Shown: positions 1 to 7,660 of the stretch, piece after piece
How the letters are laid out: the number at the start of each line of letters is the position of its first letter
Position numbering within the stretch: the first letter of the stretch is position 1
From: Chthonomonadales bacterium
Lineage (GTDB): Bacteria; Armatimonadota; Chthonomonadetes; Chthonomonadales; Chthonomonadaceae
Length of the DNA stretch: 33,753 nt
Assembly (NCBI GenBank): GCA_038217285.1
Contig: JBBQPO010000024.1
Location: 1-33,753, forward strand
Reading direction: 5' to 3'
Translations under genes and position numbers: made by a program
The notes under the pieces: model-generated
Database searches by the model: none
What the model was told of the DNA's origin: nothing
The model's input: only the letters and a program-made list of their open reading frames with translations

Positions 1-128
1 AGAGTGCTGCCGCATGAAATCAGAAGGCGCGAAGCGCCGAGACCGCTAAACTACAGCGGTGTCATGCATAGTGGCATTATTATAGCCCACAGCCCAAGAC
101 GCTCACACACTTTACGGTAGTGCCTAAA

Positions 129-971
129 TTATTGGTGATCAATGTAAGCAAGTAACGTTGAGATACCATGGCTATGGGCGATATACACTTCATCTGGTAA
201 GGGATTACCATTGAGATAAAGAAATCTTAAGTGAGTTAGCTGTCCCAATTCGCGCGGTAACGTGATCAATTGATTGTCAGCTATCTCTAAGATCTCTAGT
301 TGGGTGAGATGACCAATCTCCGGTGGAAGTATGGCAAAGTAGTTACGATTAAGAAGGAGCGCGTTCAGTTGAGTCAGGTTGGCAATTTCAGCAGGGAGAA
401 AGGTCAGTTCATTGTCCGCGACCGAAAGTGTGACCAAATTGGTGAGGTAGCCGATTGCTGATGGCAATGCTGGTATATGATTGCTGGCAACTTCTAGCAA
501 CCTCAATTGAACCAACGCAAAAATCTGTGCAGGTAAAGAAGAGAGCGCATTTTTGCTAAGAATTAGCTCCGTTAACTGGGCAAGTTGGCCAATTTCAGCA
601 GGCAGAGATCCAAGTTGATTTCCGAACAGGGAGAGTTGCGCCAAATTTACGAGGCCACCGATTTCCACTGGCAAACATGTTAAAACATTATTTGCGACAG
701 AGAGATCTTTGAGGTTTGTAAGTCGACCGATCTCTGCAGGTAGTGACGTGAGGCTATTATTATTGACAGATAGGACTGCTAAATTGCTAAGTTGTCCGAT
801 TTCGGGTGGAAGGGATGTTAGTTCGTTGCGTTCTAAGTTGAGTAATCGTAGATTAGTGAGTTGACCTATCTCAGCAGGCAATGTCGTCAGTTTATGATCG
901 CTGAGGTCAAGGATCATCTCCTGTGTGTGACCAGCATCAGCAATAATTTCGAGGAGTTCTTGTTGATTCAT
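129..971 (-). CDS. Leucine-rich repeat protein (10 x 23-aa LRRs plus cap), stand-alone; candidate immunity/partner of the upstream RHS protein
   Basis: Repeats of type LxLxxNxLxxLPAEIGQLTNL with a strict 23-aa period; ends in NPLP...GISTLLAYI; visibly lower GC than core genes. Confidence 0.93.
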   Translation of the reverse strand: MNQQELLEIIADAGHTQEMILDLSDHKLTTLPAEIGQLTNLRLLNLERNELTSLPPEIGQLSNLAVLSVNNNSLTSLPAEIGRLTNLKDLSVANNVLTCLPVEIGGLVNLAQLSLFGNQLGSLPAEIGQLAQLTELILSKNALSSLPAQIFALVQLRLLEVASNHIPALPSAIGYLTNLVTLSVADNELTFLPAEIANLTQLNALLLNRNYFAILPPEIGHLTQLEILEIADNQLITLPRELGQLTHLRFLYLNGNPLPDEVYIAHSHGISTLLAYIDHQ

Positions 972-1003
972 TTGATCGGCTCCGGAATTAGGATTAACAG
1001 TGG

Positions 1004-1064
1004 GTGATGGTGCCGTGTCTAGCGGAATCGGTCTACACTATACCGCCAGACATGGCACCACCAC
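1004..1064. repeat. Imperfect 22-bp inverted repeat (long hairpin) between the RHS and LRR genes
   Basis: gtgatggtgccgtgtctagcgg (1004-1025) vs ccgccagacatggcaccaccac (1043-1064): 19/22 complementary, 17-nt loop. Confidence 0.75.
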
Positions 1065-1102
1065 AAAAGTGTCATATTGGGAAGCTATGGCGATTGACCG
1101 AA

Positions 1103-4100
1103 TTATTCGGGTTCAGTTTCACAACCAATGCTCGCCCAAAATCCTACGCAAAGGGTTTTCCTATAGTATTCGTGCTCGTATGTTTCGCACACTTTCATTA
1201 ATGCCTTGCAGCCACCAGTCTTAACTTTACTGCACAGATATTTACAAGCATTCTTAGTGTAAGTTGTGACGATTCCATCTCCGACCTTTCCCGCTGCGAG
1301 CTCACAGGCCGCCATGCAATCACCTGTTGGGCATAACAAGCTTCCGAATGGAAACGATCCGGCGGCTCCAATGATTGGTATTGCTGAGATACCACCCGGA
1401 GAACCTCCAGGTGCTGGCAGCGGTTTTGAAGGCACATGATTACAATTGATGGAGGTCTGACATTCCTGGTTCGCAATGTAGCATGCTTGTGCCGGAGGTG
1501 AACCAGGCAAAGGAGGACCATATCCACCATAGATTGGATTTTCAGCAATTGCCAGAGCGCACCAAAAACAGGCCCCCGGAGACATTAAATAGCACGGCGA
1601 AAACGGCGTTGGGTAGCCAGGCTGTTTTGGTCTTCTCGGTGGATTTAACCCACTCGGGTCATTTGTCCCGAGTGGATCATTGCCTATATACCTATATAGG
1701 CTCCAATCTCCGCCCTTGAACCCGATCGGATCTCGTGATATCCATCGTCCATCGGGCATATCTAAAGCGCGTGCACGCACTTGCATCTTGGAAATGGTGT
1801 CGCGATAATAGCCATACTGTCCGATATGGCGGTAGGGATTGGTTGTATACTGCGCGTTCGGTGAGGTGCCCTGCGCGAGTTCCAAGCCGAACGCCTTGTA
1901 ACTATAGCTGTCGGTTATCGTCCCGTTGAGGCTCACTAGGAGGCGTGTGCTCTTCTGACTGTCAAAGCCGTAGTAGCTGCTCGTGCTGCCTTGTCGCCCT
2001 GACGCCAATCCACCCCACATGCCCGGATAGTCGGTGTACTGAGCCAGCCTTACGTTTGAGACGCTCCTCTCCTGAAGAACATTTACGCCGTCCCACACGA
2101 AGTTCGTTGTTTGTGCCAAGGTAACTTTCTTGCGGCGCATACCATCCGCCGCGTAGGTGTAGGTCTCGGTACCGTTCAGGCCGCTCGCCACGCTCAGCAA
2201 CCGATTCTCGCTGTCCCAGGTGTAAGTCGCGATACCCGTCCAGTCTGTCGCCGTTAGGAGGTTGCCATTGGGATCGAACGTATTGGTGACCACTCCGCTG
2301 CCCTGAAGCACTTCAAGGGCATTTATGAAGGCGCTAACGTACATAAATCCGGGATCGGAGGTCAAGGCGATAACCACATTGCCCGCTCCGTCAGCAATGC
2401 CGCACACTTCCCGCACAATCGCCTTCAGGTCGCCTCCTGCGGTAGCGTAAACGTCCAAGTGGCTGATCGCCGGAGCGCCGTTGACAAGGACGTTAATGAA
2501 GCGCCTGCCTGCTCCGCCATCGCTGTAGGTGGCCCAGTGCAATCGGATCTTGTACGTCGCACCAGGCGTGAGGTTGGGTAGGACGTAGAAGAGCGGAATG
2601 GTGGTGCCGTTGTTCATATAGCGCAGTGTCTGGTAGCACGCCTGAGGAGCCGGATTGGTCACGCCGCTGGTATCGATGGCAGCGCCGGTGGAAGCCGTAA
2701 TCATGGTGCCAGCACTGCTGTAGTAGTTGTCCAGAGAGAAGGGAGCGACCGCTGTGGCACTGCCGCAGTCGATCTGGTAGAAGGTCGAGGAGACAGCGGT
2801 CTGACTTTGGGTGAGTTCGTTAGCGGTATTGAAAGTATTGATGGTGAGGACGCCGGTATTGTTCTGGGTCAGGCGGTTGCCCATGCCGTCGTACACGAAG
2901 GTCGTGTTGTAGGGCGTGGTGAGGCTTCGCTGCTCGTTCGTTAGCTGGTAGGAGGGATCGTACGCGTAGGTGACGCGACTGCCGTCAAGTTCGAGAACAC
3001 TGAGGCGATTTCCCACGGCGTCATAGGTGTTGGTGAAGACGGCCCAGGCGGTTCCCGTCGCGCTGAAGTTGCCGAGCAGCGTCTCGCGTCCTGCCGCATC
3101 GAAAGTGTGGCTGACGTTCATGCCGTTGCCAAGCACCCGGTGCTGCTCCCGGTCGAGGGCGTCGTACTGGATAGTCGTCCGCTCGGCGAAGGGGTTCACG
3201 ATACCAGTCAGGCGGTTCTGGTTGTCCCACGAGTAGGTCGTGAGGCCGTTATCTGGATCGGTGAGAAGGAGGCGGTTCCCGACAGCATCCAGGGAATAGG
3301 TAAGCGCGTTGCCAGCAGGATAGACTACACTGACCTGCCGCCCGTCCTGGTCGAAACTGAACGACGTGATGCCGGTGACATCCTGCTCGGTAACCTGCTG
3401 TCCGGCGGCATCGAAGGTGTTGGTGACCCGTGTGGCGTCAACATACAAGGTGCCTACCGTGCGGTTGAGAGCATCGACGGTGTAGGAAGTGACAAGGTTG
3501 CGAGCATCCGTGCGCTTGATTGTGTTGCCGACCCCGTCAAACTGGTAGGAGGTGAAGGCACCGAGTGGATCCTGGCTCGCAGACATCAAACCGCGCGGAT
3601 CGAAAAGACTGGTGGTGATACCGCCATTAGCCGCAACGATAGCAACTTGCTGGCTCGCGACATCGAAAACGAAGCTCGTTCGGTAGCCTCTTGCATCCTG
3701 CTGCGCCAGTGTCCGCCCCACTGCATCGAAGACCGCACTCGTGCGATTGCCCAGTGCATCGACCTGCCCTATGGTCTGCCCAACGGCGTCAAAGACGTTC
3801 GTGCTGCGATTGCCGAGCGAATCGACGCTGGCAATCGTCCGTCCATCCGCATCGAAGACGCTGGTCCAGAAGAAGCCGAGGGCGTCCTGAATGGCAATAG
3901 GACGGGAAGCGACATCATAGATCGTGCTGGAGCGGAAACCGAGCGGACTGACGGAGGCGATCTGCCGGGACGCCGCATCAAAGATGTTCGTGGTGAGCCG
4001 ACCAAGCGCATCCTGCCAACTCGCTGACCGTCCATCCGCATCGAAGTTGGTGGTAGAGCGGAAGCCGAGCGGCGACACGGAGGCAACGGGGCGGTTTACG

Positions 4101-6469
4101 GCATCGAAGACTGTGCTGGAAACCCGGTTCAGCGGATCGACCATCGAGATAGCCCGAGTGGCAACATCGTAATTGGTCGTACCGCGATTGTTGAGCGCAT
4201 CGACCCAGGCAACGGTGCGATTGGCCGCATCGAAAACGGTGGTAGATAGCCGGTTGAGTGCATCCTGACTGCTTATCGCCCGCCCTGCCGCGTCGAAGTT
4301 AGTCGTGCTGCGGAAACCAAGCATGTCTACCGAGGCAATCGCTCGGCTCGCCGGGTCAAACACCGTCGTGTTGGTTCGGCCCAACGGATCAACGCTGGCA
4401 ATTGGTCGGCCCATAGGATCGAAGTTCGTGCTGTAGCGCGAACCAAACGCGTCTACGCTGGCAATCCGCTGTCCCACAAGGTCGAAAACAGTCGTGCTGA
4501 AGAAGCCAAGCGCGTTCTGGAGGGCAATCGGTCGGCTCAGACTGTCGAAGATCGTTGTCGAAATGTTGCCAAGCGCATCGACGCTGGCAATCGGACGGTC
4601 TGCCAGGTCGAAAACAGTCGTGCTGAAGTTGCCAAGGGGGTCTACGCTGGCAAGCGGCCTGCTCGCCACATCGAAAACGGTCGTCGTCGTATTGCCCAGA
4701 GGATCGACGCTCGCCACCATTCGGCCTGCGCTATCGAAAACGGCAGTGCTCCGATTGCCCAACGCGTCAATGCCTGCGATGACTCGACCCAGACCATCAA
4801 AAACCGTGGTGCTCACATTACCCAGCGCGTCCACCATTTTGACCGGCTTGTCGAAGACGTTGAAACTCCAACTCGTCCGAGAACCCAGCGGACTAATCGC
4901 CACCACCCGATTGCCCACCGAATCGTAGCCCACTGTGGAAACGTTTCCCAGCGGATCTTGCGAGGTGAGCGGCCGGTTCTGGTTGTCGAAGGTCGTGCTC
5001 CAGGTCGCTCCCAACGGATTGGTCTGCGCAATCACATTGCCCGCCAGGTCGAAAACGCGCGTCGAAATATTGCCAAGAGCGTCTTGCTGAGTTATCGGAT
5101 TGCCGAAACCGTCGTAGCCCACCGTGCTCAGGAAACCCAGCGGGTTTTGCATCGAAACGACCTGGCCTCGGGCATTGAAAGTGCTGGAGGTGATAAAGCC
5201 AAGCTGGTTCACCTGAGCCTGCAATCTTCGCTTGGCTCCCGTCGTGTCGAAACTGCTGCCCGCGTAACCCCAGATGTTGGTCACAATCGCCCCGTCCGGA
5301 GTCTGTACGCTCGTCAGGTTGTTGAAGGCGTCATACGAGAAGGTCGTCTGCTGACCTAACGGACTGATCCGACCCCTCACATTCCCGCTCCCGTCGTAGA
5401 GGGTCGTCCACACCGCTCCGCTCGGCGTCTGACGGCTCGTCTCCTGATTGTTGGCGTTCCTCGTGAAGGTCACCAGCGCGCCCTGCGCGTTCTGCATACC
5501 CGACAGCGAGAAGTTCGCTCCAGTCGTCTGCGTGGTGAGGTTGCCGAGCACATCCACCGTCAGCATCACCCCCGGCTGGTAGAGATAGGTCGTCACCCCC
5601 ACGCCGGCCACCGCCCGCGTCACCACCCGCTTCTGACGATCATAGCTGTAAGAAGTGCCGAACCCGTTCGGATCGACGATACCCGACAGCAGCCAGCCGC
5701 TCGACACCCCGAACGAGAGCGTCGAGAGCGTGAACGTCGCGTACTGGTAGCCCGTCTGACAGCCGGTGGGACCGGTCACCGTGGTCAGCAGGTTCAGGGG
5801 TGAGGCAGTGGAGGTATCGTACTGAAAAGTCGTGCGCCGCCCGGCCCAGTCCTGAATACCCTGCAACAGCCCGCCCGCATAGCTGAAGGAGACGAAGCGA
5901 CCGACCGCGTCCTGGATGGTCTGGAGCAGCCCGCTCGCATACGCGAAAGTCTGGGTGTTGCCGACGGCGTCCTGGGCGTAGGTGAGGCTGGTGATCTGAC
6001 CGGTGGTGTTGAGCGGATAGGCGGTGACGATGCCGTCGGGGGTGGTCTCTTTCCAGAGGCTGTTGGCCACATCCTTGGTGAGGCGGTTGAGGAGGCCGAG
6101 GGTCTGAGCGATGAAGGTGCCGGAGCCGTTGTCCTGGAAGCTGACGATTGCGCCGTTGCCTCGGGTGAGGGTGACGAGGGCGGGACTTCCGGACGCCTGG
6201 GCGGTGAGGTTGGGGCTGGCGGTGCGGGAGTATCCGAAGGGTCCGTTGACGAGGCTGGTGGCGTTGTAGTAATAGGCAATGTCGAGGTCCATGCCGACGG
6301 AGGGGAGATGGATCTCGGGATCGACCTGGAGGTTGCCGGACGCTTGGGGATCGGGACGGTAGGCTTCGCAGCGGTGGCAGGCAGTCGCCTTGGCCGCGCC
6401 GCTCTCATCGAGAGGTAGCACCAGGGTGGGGATGTTCGCCAACTCCTCCGCACTCAACAACTCCAGCAT
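1103..6469 (-). CDS. RHS/YD-repeat protein with inserted malectin-like domain, RHS-associated core and Cys-rich C-terminal tip (putative polymorphic toxin)
   Basis: Dozens of 21-aa xFDxxGRxxxxxDxLG repeats; core motifs RAR..GRWISRDPIGFKGGDWSLYRYIGNDPLGTNDPSGL (DPxG-x-DPxGL autoproteolysis signature); purine-rich SD-like sequence upstream of the ATG. Confidence 0.95.
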   Translation of the reverse strand: MLELLSAEELANIPTLVLPLDESGAAKATACHRCEAYRPDPQASGNLQVDPEIHLPSVGMDLDIAYYYNATSLVNGPFGYSRTASPNLTAQASGSPALVTLTRGNGAIVSFQDNGSGTFIAQTLGLLNRLTKDVANSLWKETTPDGIVTAYPLNTTGQITSLTYAQDAVGNTQTFAYASGLLQTIQDAVGRFVSFSYAGGLLQGIQDWAGRRTTFQYDTSTASPLNLLTTVTGPTGCQTGYQYATFTLSTLSFGVSSGWLLSGIVDPNGFGTSYSYDRQKRVVTRAVAGVGVTTYLYQPGVMLTVDVLGNLTTQTTGANFSLSGMQNAQGALVTFTRNANNQETSRQTPSGAVWTTLYDGSGNVRGRISPLGQQTTFSYDAFNNLTSVQTPDGAIVTNIWGYAGSSFDTTGAKRRLQAQVNQLGFITSSTFNARGQVVSMQNPLGFLSTVGYDGFGNPITQQDALGNISTRVFDLAGNVIAQTNPLGATWSTTFDNQNRPLTSQDPLGNVSTVGYDSVGNRVVAISPLGSRTSWSFNVFDKPVKMVDALGNVSTTVFDGLGRVIAGIDALGNRSTAVFDSAGRMVASVDPLGNTTTTVFDVASRPLASVDPLGNFSTTVFDLADRPIASVDALGNISTTIFDSLSRPIALQNALGFFSTTVFDLVGQRIASVDAFGSRYSTNFDPMGRPIASVDPLGRTNTTVFDPASRAIASVDMLGFRSTTNFDAAGRAISSQDALNRLSTTVFDAANRTVAWVDALNNRGTTNYDVATRAISMVDPLNRVSSTVFDAVNRPVASVSPLGFRSTTNFDADGRSASWQDALGRLTTNIFDAASRQIASVSPLGFRSSTIYDVASRPIAIQDALGFFWTSVFDADGRTIASVDSLGNRSTNVFDAVGQTIGQVDALGNRTSAVFDAVGRTLAQQDARGYRTSFVFDVASQQVAIVAANGGITTSLFDPRGLMSASQDPLGAFTSYQFDGVGNTIKRTDARNLVTSYTVDALNRTVGTLYVDATRVTNTFDAAGQQVTEQDVTGITSFSFDQDGRQVSVVYPAGNALTYSLDAVGNRLLLTDPDNGLTTYSWDNQNRLTGIVNPFAERTTIQYDALDREQHRVLGNGMNVSHTFDAAGRETLLGNFSATGTAWAVFTNTYDAVGNRLSVLELDGSRVTYAYDPSYQLTNEQRSLTTPYNTTFVYDGMGNRLTQNNTGVLTINTFNTANELTQSQTAVSSTFYQIDCGSATAVAPFSLDNYYSSAGTMITASTGAAIDTSGVTNPAPQACYQTLRYMNNGTTIPLFYVLPNLTPGATYKIRLHWATYSDGGAGRRFINVLVNGAPAISHLDVYATAGGDLKAIVREVCGIADGAGNVVIALTSDPGFMYVSAFINALEVLQGSGVVTNTFDPNGNLLTATDWTGIATYTWDSENRLLSVASGLNGTETYTYAADGMRRKKVTLAQTTNFVWDGVNVLQERSVSNVRLAQYTDYPGMWGGLASGRQGSTSSYYGFDSQKSTRLLVSLNGTITDSYSYKAFGLELAQGTSPNAQYTTNPYRHIGQYGYYRDTISKMQVRARALDMPDGRWISRDPIGFKGGDWSLYRYIGNDPLGTNDPSGLNPPRRPKQPGYPTPFSPCYLMSPGACFWCALAIAENPIYGGYGPPLPGSPPAQACYIANQECQTSINCNHVPSKPLPAPGGSPGGISAIPIIGAAGSFPFGSLLCPTGDCMAACELAAGKVGDGIVTTYTKNACKYLCSKVKTGGCKALMKVCETYEHEYYRKTLCVGFWASIGCETEPE
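3084..5182 (-). repeat. Tandem 63-bp (21-aa) YD/FD repeat array inside the RHS gene, ~34 consecutive units
   Basis: Units such as VFDSAGRMVASVDPLGNTTTT and VFDVASRPLASVDPLGNFSTT, read directly from the translation. Confidence 0.9.
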
Positions 6470-6593
6470 CGCTTTGCTTCCTTCCTTGCAAGCCCGCGTC
6501 AGGACGCTCGTGCCCTGGACAACACCCTCACTCTTTTTCCTTCTGTTTCAAGTGCCGCAGCGGACCCTCATACACGAAAGTTACGATCTGCCC

Positions 6594-6773
6594 GACAGCG
6601 GGCAAAGGCTTGCGGTGATCGCCCGAAGTGACTTGCTTGTTTTGGATAATTGGGGTCTGGCTCCCTTCACCGACGACCAACGCCGGGATATGCTGGGGAT
6701 CCTCAACGACCGTTAGGGGCGTCACTCTACACTGGTAGCAGGTCAGGTTCCGATAGAGAAGTGGCCGAATTGA
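6594..6773 (+). pseudogene. istB: IS21-family IstB ATP-binding helper protein remnant
   Basis: Reads RLAVIARSDLLVLDNWGLAPFTDDQRRDMLGILNDR*GRHSTLVAGQVPIEKW, matching the IstB Walker-B region (DLLILDDWG...LLEILDDRYGRRST..SQ.P...W), with an in-frame TAG at 6714-6716; N-terminus and istA are absent. Confidence 0.85.
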
Positions 6774-6794
6774 CAGGAGCGCACTCGGAGAGAG

Positions 6795-7352
6795 TTACTT
6801 TGCTCGCTTGGAAACCCGTTTTATGCCATCAGCTAACCCTGTCAGCGTTGTGGCTATTTCTAAGTTACCCTCTTCACGTTCAAGATTAGCAAGATCGATT
6901 AAGGCACTGCCGAGCCATTCGGCCTGATGCTTCGTTATCATACTTACTCCTGCACGTAGATACATCTCACGTGCCTCGACTAGCTGATCATTCGCTTCAT
7001 GGGCTTGAGCTAGAAATTTGTAGGAGTAAAAACCATCTAAGCGGCCATCCGTAGAGGGTGTGCGCCTCAATGCATTATGAAACTTTTGAGATGTGCGTAG
7101 TCGTTCCTTCGGACGCTCCAGTATCGTATATGCCGACATTAAATCGAGCAACGCCTGTATCCTAAGGCGCTTGTTTTCTAGGGTCGCCGTATCGGCAGTA
7201 ATGGCCTTGCGGATCCGTCTTTCTATAGTTTGACAGTAGTATATCATTTCTTCCCATTCTTGACACTTTCGGAAATGGTTTAACTGTTCGTCATATTCGC
7301 TTAATTCTGTGGATTCATCCATTGATATTGTTCCTGGCGGATCATTTCGCAC
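6795..7352 (-). CDS. Hypothetical helical, TPR-like protein (possible orphan immunity protein); start may be ATG at 7322
   Basis: 185-aa lower-GC ORF with TPR-like segments (YKFLAQAHEANDQLVEAREMYLRA; ALIDLANLEREEGNLEIA). Confidence 0.65.
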   Translation of the reverse strand: MRNDPPGTISMDESTELSEYDEQLNHFRKCQEWEEMIYYCQTIERRIRKAITADTATLENKRLRIQALLDLMSAYTILERPKERLRTSQKFHNALRRTPSTDGRLDGFYSYKFLAQAHEANDQLVEAREMYLRAGVSMITKHQAEWLGSALIDLANLEREEGNLEIATTLTGLADGIKRVSKRAK

Positions 7353-7477
7353 CTACATGGTTCGTGGCCACTTTGATACGTTTACCAGCCGCCTAGGTTG
7401 GCCCTAGACGTACTGAACTGGCCCTGAGCGACAGTGACTCAACCCCATGATCTTCTGCAGATAGCGGATCGTGACCC

Positions 7478-7660
7478 TTAACGAAGCCGTACATCGCGAC
7501 CGTCACCACAAATCCATTTGCGGGCATACGCAAGGGTACACTTGTCCATTTTGCCTGGCTTGTAAGGTGGCCTATTGCATCCCTCGAAACAAGCATTCCA
7601 GCAATCATGCAACCACGATTGCGGCTGTTGAAATAATATCCTCTTGCACTCTTCAGACAT
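7478..7660 (-). CDS. Small Cys-rich ORF (60 aa, 6 Cys); possible orphan RHS tip remnant or small peptide
   Basis: MSEECKRILFQQPQSWLHDCWNACFEGCNRPPYKPGKMDKCTLAYARKWICGDGRDVRLR; its ATG abuts the left IS end. Confidence 0.35.
   Translation of the reverse strand: MSEECKRILFQQPQSWLHDCWNACFEGCNRPPYKPGKMDKCTLAYARKWICGDGRDVRLR

Noticed and set aside
1-128. TATAAT on the minus strand (79-84) and a possible gene start at the left edge
   Set aside because: Nearby ATGs close within a few codons or run off the window after five codons; nothing can be supported.
972-1102. Hairpin as an integron attC site
   Set aside because: No matching RYYYAAC/GTTRRRY core pair brackets the stem, and no integrase or second cassette site is visible.
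3084-5182. 63-bp periodicity as a possible CRISPR array
   Set aside because: The units are degenerate at the DNA level and conserved as protein (YD/FD repeats) within one ORF; there is no identical repeat/unique spacer pattern and no cas genes.
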